Below are positions 44,654 to 54,654 of a DNA stretch of 64,000 nucleotides, piece after piece. Each line of letters opens with the position of its first letter. Within the stretch, counting starts at the first letter, position 1. The stretch is from an uncultured Gemmatimonadales bacterium (GTDB lineage Bacteria; Gemmatimonadota; Gemmatimonadetes; Gemmatimonadales; Gemmatimonadaceae). The notes below the pieces were generated by a model. It was not told where the DNA came from. It was given only the letters and a program-made list of their open reading frames with translations, and did not search any database. The translations under genes and the position numbers were made by a program. Location of the stretch: contig CAVPQB010000003.1 in the NCBI GenBank assembly GCA_963707505.1, positions 775,440-839,439 of the forward strand. The letters run 5' to 3'.

Positions 44654-45163
44654 TCAGAACCACACGCGACGTCCGACGAGATCGCTCAACGCAGCTACGA
44701 AAACTCGAAAATCATTCGTGACGTCGCCTTCGTGTTTCTTACCGGAACGATCGGGATATGCATTGCTGCCATATGACACGATTTGTCCTCCGCCGGCCAC
44801 GAGGCGCAAGTCCCAGCCGAGTCCGTCGGCGATTCCATCGGCGTTGTACTGACTGCGCCACCGATCAGCGCCTGCCTGCTTCGTCGCCAACCAGAATGCG
44901 CGCCACGCAGCGGAGTCGGGCACGACACGCACGGTGTCGATTGGCGTGCCGGGCGTCCATGCCGGCGACACACGCCACATGACGACAGTGTCGCTGATCA
45001 ACGTTACCCTGCTACCACCTCCACCGTATCCGCCAATTGAGAATTCGAGCGCAGCGGGCGCGCCCTCACGCGGAAGCGGAGCGGTCGTGTCGTTGCAAGC
45101 GACGAGCAGAAGTACGACGGAGAGAAACAGGGCGGCAGCACGAAACGCATGACTCGACGGCAT
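44654..45163 (-). CDS. Hypothetical lipoprotein
   Basis: LLLVAC lipobox; DGLGWDL...SYGSNAYP. Confidence 0.65.
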   Translation of the reverse strand: MPSSHAFRAAALFLSVVLLLVACNDTTAPLPREGAPAALEFSIGGYGGGGSRVTLISDTVVMWRVSPAWTPGTPIDTVRVVPDSAAWRAFWLATKQAGADRWRSQYNADGIADGLGWDLRLVAGGGQIVSYGSNAYPDRSGKKHEGDVTNDFRVFVAALSDLVGRRVWF

Positions 45164-45412
45164 GGCAGAAGCTTGCCGCTCGCGATCGAGCGGTGAAGAA
45201 ATAGAAGGCATCATGTGAGGGCGCCGATGAAACTGTGGAAGCAGCGAGGGATTTGGGACGACACGTTGCCGCACTAACATCAGAGACCCAGCCGCTGGCG
45301 CCGCCGTCACTTCCGGGTTGAAACGATGACCGCTCGATTACGAATCGAATTCGGGACCGGTCCGAATCGCAAACGAACTGAACTTATTCTCCCGCGCCTG
45401 GTGGCAACAAGA

Positions 45413-45961
45413 TTACGGGTGCTGTAACGGTGAGCCATGCGCCGGCAGACGCCCACGGAGCCACCGGATCTGCCCGCGGTGATTCAGCTCATCCTCCATG
45501 ACGTGGTACCACACCCAGAGATGTGTCGCACGGTCGCGCAGCCACGGCAGAGTTGCGGCTTGCGACAGCCACGCATCGTCGACGGCGCGCAGGCCGGCGA
45601 GCGTCTGGTTCCGCACGGCCTCGAGACGCGCAAGATGCTCTTCGAGCGTACGACCTCGCGCCGCCGCCCACGCCTGCGGACCCAGACGCATCAGGGGTCC
45701 CCATTCTGCCCAGTCAGTGTCGGACGGCGGATTTCCACCAAGCGTACTGGCGACATAGGACCACTCGATCGCACAGATGTGTGCGAGCAGCGCGCCGATC
45801 GGATTGGCCGTCGGGTCGTGCTGGTGGTCGAGTTCCGACAGTGAGAGACCTCGGACTGCGGAGATAGTGGTTGCGCGGGTGTAGTTGAGCATGGACACCA
45901 TGGCGCCTACCAGCGGAGTGTATCCGGGCGCTGGTGCCATGTCCGTCGACGGTGAGAGCAT
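45413..45961 (-). CDS. DinB/DUF664 family protein
   Basis: IGALLAHICAIE, WYHVMEDELNHRGQI. Confidence 0.85.
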   Translation of the reverse strand: MLSPSTDMAPAPGYTPLVGAMVSMLNYTRATTISAVRGLSLSELDHQHDPTANPIGALLAHICAIEWSYVASTLGGNPPSDTDWAEWGPLMRLGPQAWAAARGRTLEEHLARLEAVRNQTLAGLRAVDDAWLSQAATLPWLRDRATHLWVWYHVMEDELNHRGQIRWLRGRLPAHGSPLQHP

Positions 45962-45988
45962 GGACGATGAAGGTGGAAGAGAGTTGGA

Positions 45989-46180
45989 TCAGGATCGCGC
46001 ACGTAACATGCGCAATCCCGATCTCGTCGACGCGACGTACTTCCGCGTATTGGTGAGCCACGGCGTGAATCGACTGCCATTCCGCGCGGGCCACACACTG
46101 TAGATGTCCTCGTCTGCTCGTGCCGGCGCCTGCATGACGCCGTCAACGGTCAGATTGGTGCACACGACAACTCGACTCAC
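45989..46180 (-). pseudogene. Internally deleted RibD-C/DHFR family relic
   Basis: GTG-SRVVVCTNLTVDGVMQAP...DED joined directly to YSVWP...LTNTRKYVAS, then truncated. Confidence 0.7.
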
Positions 46181-46181
46181 A

Positions 46182-47781
46182 TCAGTGCCGCTGCGCTGCC
46201 GCCCAGCTCCGCGGGGGCACGGAGCACTCCGGCACCCGCATTGGCTGATTCGTGCGCGGGTCGATGGGAGACACCGCGCGCGTGCGCGACACGAATGCCG
46301 GATCCTCGGACGCCTCATACGCAAACAGGGCTACGAGCGTCGCATTCCGCTTCACGTTGTCGAAGTTGATCTTGTCATACGTGTCGCGGTTCGTGTGCCA
46401 CGTGTAGTCGGTGTACGACCAGTCGGACGACGTCAGAAAGAATCCAGGTGCGCCGTGGCAATCGAAAGCATCGCTATCGGTGCTCTCATCGTGCGCGATA
46501 CCCGGCAGCATGAGTGCGATGTTGCGCGTCATGTCCGCGGGCATGCGCGACATCCAACGCGCGAGCGACGGTGCGGCGTCGACGAACCCGTTCGTCTGCA
46601 CGCTGTCTATCTCGCCAGTACCGTTGTCCTGATTGAAGAGTGCCTGGAGCCCCGCCAGAACCTCCGGATGATCGGCCGCAAACGCCGACGAACCGATGTC
46701 GCCCTCTTCCTCGCCGCTCCAGTGACCGACGAGAATCGTGCGCTTGGGATGCGGGTACACGGTTTTGAGAATGCGCATGGCCTCGAGCATCGTAACCGTG
46801 CCGGTTCCGTTGTCAGTTGCGCCGCTGCCGGAGTCCCACGAGTCGAGATGCGCCGAGAGCATTACGTATTCGTTCGGCTTTTCTGTTCCCTTGATCTCGG
46901 CGATCGTATTGAACACCGGCGACTCCGCCGGTGCAACCCTGGCGTCGGCGACCGCATGGACGCGTGGACCCTGTCCGTTCGATGCAAGCCGCGCGAGCAG
47001 CGTATAATCCTCGCACGACACGTCGAACGACGGAACGCCAGCGGCGCGCGACGATTGGATCTTGTCGACACCCCAACCGTGCGACCAACCGTTGGAGAGC
47101 ACCCCTGCGGCACCGGCGCGCGCGAGCAATTCCGGAAGCTCGCGACTGCTAACGCGTGCGGCAGTGAGTCGTGCACGCCAATCCTGCGCTGCACTGTCGC
47201 GTTGGCGACAGTGCGTGATGATATGTCCCGGAATCTGCCCAGGCGCGAATGTCGGAGTCGGGGCGACAGGTCGTCTGTGGCTGGCTGATCAATACAAGCT
47301 TTCCCTTCACCGAATGCAGCCAGCGCACGAATCCAGCGCTGTCGGCGATCGCACCTGCTGTCGGAACGATGACGACGTCGGCGGTGACACCGCCGGTGGG
47401 AGTTGCCGCGCTCCAAGCATGCATCGTCGCCTCGAGTACGCGACGCCGTGGTGACACCAGCTCCAACCCGCTCGTCCCACGCGTCCAGTCGCGCCAGGTA
47501 CCGTACTTCTCGTTCTTCGCGTCGACGCCCCACGATTTGTAAATACTCAGCAGCCAATCGTTGGCAGCACGGTTGGCCGCCGAGCCTGTAAGCCGAGGAC
47601 CGATGGAATCCATCAGCGTCTGTGCAAAGCGCGAAGCTTCGGAGTGGTGCATGCCCTCATCGTAGATACGCTGAACGACCGGATCGCCAGTCGGATTATC
47701 CTGCGCGCGTGCCTGATGCGGGCTGGCCAGACTCGCCGCAAGCGTGGCGGCGACGAAGGGGACAAGAAAGTGTGATCGCAT
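46182..47781 (-). CDS. M28 family (carboxypeptidase Q-like) peptidase, frameshifted near 47215
   Basis: DSIGPRLTGS; SAHLDSW, GATDNGTG, WSGEEEG, WHTNRDTYDK. Confidence 0.88.
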
Positions 47782-47902
47782 GCAACAATGCTAGCCCCGT
47801 GTGTGCCGTGCTCGCCAGTCCGCCGCTCGCCGGTGTCTGGTCAATCTCGAGCCGCGTACCAGTCCAGCGCTCGCGCTGGTCGTACCCGATCGCGCATTGC
47901 GC

Positions 47903-48028
47903 CTACGCAGTCCTGCACCGCGTAGCGAGCAGGTCGGTTGCCGCGGTTAGGTCGAGGTCGGTGCCGAGCACCACCGCGACGCCGGCGTCGGCCGCAACGT
48001 TGGCGAGTGCGATTCTGGCCGTACTCAT
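47903..48028 (-). pseudogene. Collapsed carbon-nitrogen hydrolase-like relic (41 aa)
   Basis: MSTARIALANV-AADAGVAVVLGT-DLDLTAATDLLATRC resembles N-terminal, middle and C-terminal pieces of nitrilase-family proteins. Confidence 0.45.
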
Positions 48029-48041
48029 TCGGCTGTGCGTC

Positions 48042-49190
48042 TCACGATATGCGCCGCGCACCGGGGACTCTGCTTTTCTCGATCTTCACCATCACGGTGT
48101 ACTCCGGATCGACCAGCTGGATGATCGGCGCCTTCGCATTCTGCGCGACGAATTGATATGCGTCCATGACTGACATCCCAGACTGCGCACGCACCCATCC
48201 GATCATCGCCTTGAACGCTACACGCGCGGCGTCCTCGAGCGGACGACCTGAGCCGACGAAGATGATCTCGTCGGCGTTCTCGATTCGCGGAATCGGTGTC
48301 GCACTCTTCTTGATGAGTTCGACGTACACCTCGACGTTCAGTGCGCCCTCGATCGCGGCGCCCATGATCTCGCCTTCGCCCATCGCATAGTGGCCATCGC
48401 CGAATGACAGCAGAGCGCCGGGTACGTTCACGCCGAGGTAGACCGTGTTTCCGACGCGCACTTCGGGGCAGTCCATGTTGCCGCCGAAGTTGCCCGGCAC
48501 GATCGTGGTGCGAACTTCACCGCCCGCCGGTGCTACTCCGATGCAACCGAGAAACGGCGCCAGTGGCACCGACCACGAATACTTGCCGTCGGCCGACGTG
48601 GCTCGAGCTGCACTGCGTTTCGCATCGACGTCGTATCGCCACGTCGTCTCCGGGAAATCCGGTCCGAGCATCGCGGTCTGATCGTTACCGACAAGCGCGC
48701 CAAACCCGGGACTGAACGAAGATACGGCATACGCGCGCGCAGGTTCGAGCTTCAATATGTGAATCGCGACGGTATCTCCCGGCTCGGCGCCATCGACGTA
48801 AAACGGCCCCGTCTGCGGATTGTCATGGCCAGCCGCCATCTTCTTGGACGGGAGATCCGCTGCAGTCTTGACGGCGCCGTCGAAGCAGTCTTCAGTCCAC
48901 GTGACGATGCGCGTGCCGGACTTGATGCGCTGTTTCGGCGCCGCGCCACCGAAGGTGTACACGAGATCCGTGTGTTGCGGGATCCAGTTGAGCGTCGGCG
49001 CATCGGCGGGAACGTTTGCGACGCTGGCCGGCGTGACGGTCGTTGCCATCGTGGCGCCGATCGCCGGCTCTGCTCCGGCCGAAGCAACAGAGTCAGCGCC
49101 CGACGACTCGTGCGCGCCGTCGTTGCATGCAGCGATCACACCGAGAACGCCGAGGGGTGCAGTGATGAGGAACTGTCTGCGTGTGTTCAT
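48042..49190 (-). CDS. Acetamidase/formamidase family protein with Tat-lipoprotein signal
   Basis: TRRQFL and IAAC; NPQTGPFYVDGAEPGD, GGNMD, GDGHYAMGEGE. Confidence 0.88.
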   Translation of the reverse strand: MNTRRQFLITAPLGVLGVIAACNDGAHESSGADSVASAGAEPAIGATMATTVTPASVANVPADAPTLNWIPQHTDLVYTFGGAAPKQRIKSGTRIVTWTEDCFDGAVKTAADLPSKKMAAGHDNPQTGPFYVDGAEPGDTVAIHILKLEPARAYAVSSFSPGFGALVGNDQTAMLGPDFPETTWRYDVDAKRSAARATSADGKYSWSVPLAPFLGCIGVAPAGGEVRTTIVPGNFGGNMDCPEVRVGNTVYLGVNVPGALLSFGDGHYAMGEGEIMGAAIEGALNVEVYVELIKKSATPIPRIENADEIIFVGSGRPLEDAARVAFKAMIGWVRAQSGMSVMDAYQFVAQNAKAPIIQLVDPEYTVMVKIEKSRVPGARRIS

Positions 49191-49395
49191 GATGTCGCGC
49201 CATCGGGTTCGCGACCGTGAGGGTGAGATTGACGACAGGGCAGATTGATATGTAATGGCTCAGCTCAGACAGGACCAATGAGATCCCACCGATTCCCTTC
49301 AATGCCCAGGAACGAGCCGACTCGGACTCGGCGACTATCAGCATCGTGTTGTCTGGCGTTCATGAACATGCCGTTCGGAGATGCCAGTTCGGAAA

Positions 49396-49740
49396 TTACA
49401 GCTGCCACAATCCGTGATTCACGCCGCCCTGGATATAGATGGCGAACGTCCCCTTCCCCGGAATCTCCAGCGGAGGATGCGCAACGAAGACGCCTTGCTT
49501 GGTCGCTGCATCCAACGCCGCTTCGATATCGTCGACGAGCCAGTACGGCCTCACGATCGGCTCCTCCGTATCGCGCAACGGGCCGCGCACGCCAATGCTG
49601 CCGCCGTCCGGCAGCGGCGCCGTCCGCGCGCCTCCCAGCATTGGATCAGCTGAACCAAACTCGATGCCATGCGCAGCCTCGTATGCTGCACACACAGCAT
49701 CCACATCCACCGCGACGATCTCCAGATAGTGTAGCTTCAT
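49396..49740 (-). CDS. VOC family protein
   Basis: YLEIVA, RPYWLVDDIEAA, IPGKGTFAIY. Confidence 0.8.
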   Translation of the reverse strand: MKLHYLEIVAVDVDAVCAAYEAAHGIEFGSADPMLGGARTAPLPDGGSIGVRGPLRDTEEPIVRPYWLVDDIEAALDAATKQGVFVAHPPLEIPGKGTFAIYIQGGVNHGLWQL

Positions 49741-50065
49741 GCCGATCCCCCGTGTTTGAGGCGTGACGTACCAGCTCAGCTCGTAAGCGAGCCAGATAAC
49801 CGCACAGAGCACTTTACAATATTCGCCTGCAGTCCCAGAGCTCGTCAGACCGCAGAGAGAGCGCTCATGGTGACGTAATATCCGTCCGGATCGCGGAGTG
49901 AGAACTCAATTGTTCCAGTGTTCCGATTCGTGTGGGGGTCTTCATCGAGCCGAGTGGCGAGGATACGTGCTCCCGATGGAGCCGTGTGTCGAAATCATCA
50001 TACCGTTTCGCCATGCTGCAGCAGCGGCGCGGAGCGTCGTTCATCTGCAACCCTATTGCAAGGCG

Positions 50066-50719
50066 TTACTCCGCACCATCACGCCGCAACACGATATGCG
50101 TCGCCTTCTCCGAAGCCACGTGCTCGACGCAGCGGTATCCTTCAGCCACCATGTCGACTCCCTCGAACAGGCGCTCTCCGCTCCCTAACAGCATCGGCGA
50201 GATGGCGATGTGCAACTCATCGATGAGGCCATCGCGAAGGTACTGCCGTATCGTGTCGGCGCCACCGCCGATGCGCACGTCCATCCCATTGGCCGCCTCG
50301 CGCGCCCGATCCAGCGCTTCAAGATGGCCACCCGTGACGAAGTGGAACGTGGTGTTGCCTTCCATCTCGATTGGCGGCCGCGCGTGATGGGTGAGCACGA
50401 AGACCGGAACGTGGTATGGCGGGTTGCTTCCCCACCAGCCCTTCCAGTTCATGTCGGGCCACGGTCCGCGAACCGGCCCGAACATGTTCCTTCCGAGTAT
50501 CCATGCCCCGACGTTCGTGAAGCCACGCGCGGCGAAGTCGTCGTCGATCCCGGTAGTGCCGTCCTTGCCGGCGTGAATCTGCTGGAACGTGCGAGTGGGA
50601 ATCATCCATTGATGCAGGTTTTCGCCGCCTACACCGAGCGGATTGGTGATGTCCTGGTCGGGACCGGCACCGTATCCGTCAATCGAGATGGTGAAAGCCT
50701 CGACTCGTACTCGTGTCAT
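50066..50719 (-). CDS. RibD C-terminal/dihydrofolate reductase family protein
   Basis: Close paralog of 28951-29613: SIDGYGAGP, GAWILGRNMFGP, PVFVLTHH. Confidence 0.9.
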   Translation of the reverse strand: MTRVRVEAFTISIDGYGAGPDQDITNPLGVGGENLHQWMIPTRTFQQIHAGKDGTTGIDDDFAARGFTNVGAWILGRNMFGPVRGPWPDMNWKGWWGSNPPYHVPVFVLTHHARPPIEMEGNTTFHFVTGGHLEALDRAREAANGMDVRIGGGADTIRQYLRDGLIDELHIAISPMLLGSGERLFEGVDMVAEGYRCVEHVASEKATHIVLRRDGAE

Positions 50720-50779
50720 CTTGATGCCTCGATTTTGGTTCGACATTAAATCTCTGGCTCACGCGCAGCCGAGTCAAAT

Positions 50780-50860
50780 GTAAAATGGGGTCAGAGTGGA
50801 CTTTCTTGACACCAACGAATGGCATTTACCACGAGAAGTGCATTCTGACCCTACTTTCAC
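50780..50860. repeat. Imperfect palindromic intergenic element (REP/MITE-like), copy 1
   Basis: GGGGTCAGAGTGGACTTTCTTG ... CGAGAAGTGCATTCTGACCC. Confidence 0.65.
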
Positions 50861-50879
50861 GCGCCGGTTCGCTTCTCCG

Positions 50880-52283
50880 TCACCGCGGCGGAACATTCTG
50901 ATTCAGATGGAACAGGTTCTCCGGGTCGTAGCGGCTCTTGACCGCGACGAGTCTCTCCCATGTCGCCCCGGGATACGCATCGCGCACGCGCGCGCCGCCC
51001 TCGTCGCCGATGAAGCCGACGTACGCGGCGCCGTCGCCCTGACGCAACGCCGCGGCGAAGTCCTCGACCCAGCGCTCGTGTATCGCCGTGTCATCGGGAC
51101 TCCTGTAAATCGCGGCGACGTTCATCATGATGCGCGCGCCGCGGTGAGCGAACGCGGTCGCGTCGGCACTCACTCGCGCCATTGCCCCGCCAAGCACCCG
51201 AATCTCAGCGGCAGCGATTTGCGCGGTCGAGGACTGCAGGTGATCGACGATCGTTTGCGCCACACCAGCGTCGATCGTGTTCGCGAACATAGTGCGCACC
51301 GATGCCACCGGATGCATCCCCTGGTCTGGCGGATAGATCTCCGGATACCGCATCGGCTTCACCATGTCGGCCACGGGCTTGGCGAGCGATCGGAACCGCG
51401 CGATGGTGCGCTCGCCGGCCTCGATGTCGCCGGCGTAGACCAGCGTCGCCATGATGACGAGCTTGGCGTGCGCTGTTGCAGGCACCCAGGGCATCGGAGG
51501 CGCCATCATGACCTTGGCGATCACCGACAGCTCCTCCGGAGCGGCGTCCGCTTCTGCGACGAATGTGGCAATGATCTCGGGCGTCGCAGGCAGGATCAGC
51601 GCGCCGCCCAAAATCGTATCGACCTCGTGCAGTCGAAACTGGAAACGTGTAACGACGCCGAAATTGCCGCCGCCGCCGCGAATCGCCCAGAACAGATCGG
51701 GATGCGTCGCAGCGTCCACGCGCAGCAGCTTACCATCGGCGGTCACGACGTCGGCGGCGAGCACATCGTCGATGGTGAGTCCGTACTTGCGCACGAGGTA
51801 GCCGATGCCGCCACCGAGCGTGATTCCGCCGATGCCGACAGATCCTGCGTCGCCGAATCCTGTCGCGAGACCGTGCGCTGCTGCGGCCGTCGTGTATTCG
51901 CCCGCGGTCAATCCCGTCTCCGCCCATGCCGTCCGCCGGGCGAGATCGAACTCGAGCGCCTTCATGTTCGAGAGGTCGAGCACGATCCCACCGTCGGAAA
52001 CGCCGTGACCGGCGAGACTGTGGCCGCCGCTGCGAACTGCAAGCTCGAACCCATCCTCGCGCGCGAGCGCTACGACACGCGCGACGTCCGCTGCGTTCCG
52101 CGGGCGGATGATGAGCGCCGGCCGGCGGTCGATGTCTCCATAAAAGACCTTGCGTGCTCCGTCGTACGCTGCGTCCTCCGGTGTGACTACCCGATCGCCG
52201 AATACCCTGCGAAGCTCCGGAATCGGAATCGTGCCGCTATCCGGGAGCGATGTTGCCGATGTTGCATATGTCAGATTCGTCAT
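50880..52283 (-). CDS. FAD-binding oxidoreductase (berberine bridge enzyme-like)
   Basis: VRSGGHS, GGGIGYL, LFWAIRGGGGNFGVVT, RYDPENLFHLNQN. Confidence 0.92.
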   Translation of the reverse strand: MTNLTYATSATSLPDSGTIPIPELRRVFGDRVVTPEDAAYDGARKVFYGDIDRRPALIIRPRNAADVARVVALAREDGFELAVRSGGHSLAGHGVSDGGIVLDLSNMKALEFDLARRTAWAETGLTAGEYTTAAAAHGLATGFGDAGSVGIGGITLGGGIGYLVRKYGLTIDDVLAADVVTADGKLLRVDAATHPDLFWAIRGGGGNFGVVTRFQFRLHEVDTILGGALILPATPEIIATFVAEADAAPEELSVIAKVMMAPPMPWVPATAHAKLVIMATLVYAGDIEAGERTIARFRSLAKPVADMVKPMRYPEIYPPDQGMHPVASVRTMFANTIDAGVAQTIVDHLQSSTAQIAAAEIRVLGGAMARVSADATAFAHRGARIMMNVAAIYRSPDDTAIHERWVEDFAAALRQGDGAAYVGFIGDEGGARVRDAYPGATWERLVAVKSRYDPENLFHLNQNVPPR

Positions 52284-52801
52284 GCTGTCCTCAATACTTT
52301 TTCAGATTCTGTGAATTTGTTTCTGTCGATGTGGATTGATGGTGACGCTTCGCGCATCTCTTCGAGCAACCCGTGCAGGTCGGACACGACCCAGCGCTCC
52401 ACCAGCTTGCCATTGTCCACACGGTAGATCGCGACGCCTCTCAGCGTGATCGCGCGCCCTGTCGGAGCGATGCCGTCGAACGCGCCGCGGTGCGTGCCGA
52501 GCAGTCTCCACCGTACGACTACTCTGTCACCTTCCGCGATGAGATCGTCAACTTCGTATTTGGCGTCCGGAACCGCGGACCGGATCGCAGCGTAGTATTT
52601 CCGGAACGCCTGCGGACCGGTCGCGCCGTCAGACCAGTCGTGGGACGTGAATTGCGGTGAAACGACCTCGTCCACCAGCGCCATGTTCCAGTCCACGTAC
52701 ACGTCATTGTAGAATCGGCGGAGAAGCGCCTTGTTCGCCGCCGCGATATCGTTTGTCATTTGTTCCTCTGTACGAATCGAAGTATGCGATGATTCGGTCA
52801 T
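52280..52801 (-). CDS. SnoaL-like ester cyclase
   Basis: NKALLRRFY, LIAEGDRVVVRW, GTHRGAFDGIAPTGR; start at 52801 or 52759. Confidence 0.88.
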   Translation of the reverse strand: MTESSHTSIRTEEQMTNDIAAANKALLRRFYNDVYVDWNMALVDEVVSPQFTSHDWSDGATGPQAFRKYYAAIRSAVPDAKYEVDDLIAEGDRVVVRWRLLGTHRGAFDGIAPTGRAITLRGVAIYRVDNGKLVERWVVSDLHGLLEEMREASPSIHIDRNKFTESEKVLRTA

Positions 52802-52810
52802 TGTTCTCTC

Positions 52811-52837
52811 TGTCACATCGGGTGAACCAGCTACGTC
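52811..52837 (+). promoter_or_regulatory. ECF41-type promoter driving sigJ
   Basis: TGTCACA-N16-CGTC. Confidence 0.75.
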
Positions 52838-52845
52838 ATCACAGT

Positions 52846-52872
52846 GACGAAACCCGAATGAAGAGTGTGACC
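52846..52872 (-). promoter_or_regulatory. ECF41-type promoter driving the snoaL-oxidoreductase operon
   Basis: Minus strand GGTCACA-N16-CGTC. Confidence 0.7.
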
Positions 52873-52873
52873 G

Positions 52874-53767
52874 ATGAATGAACGCGAGCTGCTGGCCCAG
52901 CAATTCGAGAGTTACCGTGACAAGCTCCACAGTGCCGCCTACCGCATGCTCGGCTCGACGGTGGAAGCGGAGGATGCCGTACAGGAGGCGTGGCTACGCG
53001 TGAGCCATGCGGGCACGGACGGAGTCGACAACCTCGGCGGCTGGCTCACGACCATCGTCGGACGCGTCTGTCTCGACAAGCTCCGCACACGCAAAGCCCA
53101 CGCGGAAGAGACGCTGGACGGTCACGAGCCGGAGCCGGACGCGCGACGCCGGCACGAGCGGAGTCCCGAAATGGACGTCGAGCTTGCAGACTCCGTGGGC
53201 TTGGCGCTACTCGTGATACTCGAGGCACTGCAGCCTGCGGAGCGCGTGGCGTTCGTGCTTCACGACATGTTCGACCTCTCGTTCGACGAGATCGCCCCGA
53301 TCGTCGGACGGACGTCAATGGCAACGCGACAACTGGCCAGCCGAGCACGACATCGCGTGCAGGGCGTATCGACGTCCGACATCGATCGGAGCCGGAAGCA
53401 GGAAGTTGCGGAGGCGTTCATCGCCGCCGCCAGGGCCGGCGACTTCGAAGCGCTCGTCGCGGTGCTCGATCCGGACGTCGTCGTCAGAGGCGATGCCGCG
53501 GCAAATCAGCTGGCGGGGGCGGCGGTTCGAATACGCGGCGCCACAAGCGTCGCGGAGTTCTTCAAGGGGAAGGCGCAAGCGTGTGTGCCGGGACTCATCG
53601 ACGGCGAAGTCGGGATCCTGTTGCCGCTCGAGGGGCGGATGATGCTCGTGCTCGAGCTCAGCTTCGACGATGGAAAGATCACGGCGATCGACGCAGTGGC
53701 CAATCGCGACTCGCTCGCTTCTCTGGAACTGGAGCAGTTGCGGTCTGTGAAACCGGGGTCAGAGTGA
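52874..53767 (+). CDS. sigJ: ECF sigma factor SigJ/ECF41-like with C-terminal SnoaL domain
   Basis: AYRMLGS..EAEDAVQEAWLR, ERVAFVLHDMF, RQLASRAR, GDFEALVAVLDPDVV. Confidence 0.9.
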   Translation: MNERELLAQQFESYRDKLHSAAYRMLGSTVEAEDAVQEAWLRVSHAGTDGVDNLGGWLTTIVGRVCLDKLRTRKAHAEETLDGHEPEPDARRRHERSPEMDVELADSVGLALLVILEALQPAERVAFVLHDMFDLSFDEIAPIVGRTSMATRQLASRARHRVQGVSTSDIDRSRKQEVAEAFIAAARAGDFEALVAVLDPDVVVRGDAAANQLAGAAVRIRGATSVAEFFKGKAQACVPGLIDGEVGILLPLEGRMMLVLELSFDDGKITAIDAVANRDSLASLELEQLRSVKPGSE

Positions 53768-53818
53768 ACTTCCTGGCCGCTACAGCTGGCGGCTGATGTC
53801 ATCCAACGCTCCGTAGAA

Positions 53819-54238
53819 TCATACCGCTTCGAATACGATGTCCTGTGCGCCATGATACAGCACGTAACGCCCCATCTCCTCGAGTCGTTCCCCGCCGCCT
53901 ACGATCTCGAGGAAATGATTTCCGGCCAGCTGACCGACCTTGCTTGCGAAGAGTGACGAGCCGTACGCGAACAGCAACTCCGTTTCGCTGACCCCGCCCG
54001 GATACCACAGCAGATCGCCGCGCGACGGATGGCTCGTGTGGTTCTCATAGCCGACACCAAGTTGATAGTCACCGAGCGGGATCCAGCATGCCTCGCCACT
54101 CCAGCGGGCGTGGATCAAACGCTGGCGATAGGGAAGCAAGGCTGTGAAGGCAGCACAGGTATTGGGAGCGCGATCGGTAAGGAGTTTCGCCGTGAAGACG
54201 AAGGTGTTCGCAACAGTGATTGTGATCAGGTCGATCAT
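53819..54238 (-). CDS. DUF3830 (cyclophilin-like fold) family protein
   Basis: APNTCAAF, IHARWSGEACWIP, ENHTSHP, SKVGQLAGNHF. Confidence 0.85.
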   Translation of the reverse strand: MIDLITITVANTFVFTAKLLTDRAPNTCAAFTALLPYRQRLIHARWSGEACWIPLGDYQLGVGYENHTSHPSRGDLLWYPGGVSETELLFAYGSSLFASKVGQLAGNHFLEIVGGGERLEEMGRYVLYHGAQDIVFEAV

Positions 54239-54309
54239 AACGACTAATACTAACGACACCGCTTGAGTGCTCGCGGCGGTCCGCAATCAACGACGGATCC
54301 TCGGGGGGG

Positions 54310-54489
54310 GCCAATCCGCCAACGGCGCCAGCGCCAGCCTTTCCATGACCGCCGGGTTCCCCACAACATCCATCGCGGCGATGCGCCCGTCGTCGGCCTC
54401 GGTGGTTGTCCCAGCATGCAGTATGCAACCATCCGCCAATGTTCGTGCAAACGTTCGAATTCGCTGGCCAGGGCGTCATGTTCAGTCAT
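54310..54489 (-). pseudogene. Collapsed sigJ/ECF41 relic (N- and C-termini fused)
   Basis: MTEHDALASEFE...VAYCMLG, then after a 1-nt shift TTTEADD|GRIAAMDVVGNPAVMERLAL, matching both ends of the intact SigJ. Confidence 0.75.
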
Positions 54490-54490
54490 C

Positions 54491-54552
54491 GGCCACACTC
54501 GTTCGGTTCGTTTCGTCAACGCATTGACGAAGGCAACAACACCGATATGACA
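54491..54552. promoter_or_regulatory. Second pair of face-to-face ECF41-type promoters
   Basis: Plus GGCCACA-N16-CGTC (54491-54517); minus TGTCATA-N16-CGTC (54552-54526). Confidence 0.6.
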
Positions 54553-54654
54553 AGGAGTGAACGATGCCCGAATTACAGGAATGATCCACAACCGCCGCAG
54601 CCGAAACGCGGTCCACCGCTGACGAGCGCGCCGGCGCGTGATTGGGCATAGCCG

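Noticed and set aside
49865..50050. 61-aa ORF between the VOC and RibD-C genes
   Set aside because: No recognisable motif; possibly a relic or spurious.
50796..52427. Long antisense ORFs (this one, 18528-20354, 56751-58238, 46104-47288 and others)
   Set aside because: Shadows of real genes on the opposite strand, expected in high-GC DNA; no family motifs.
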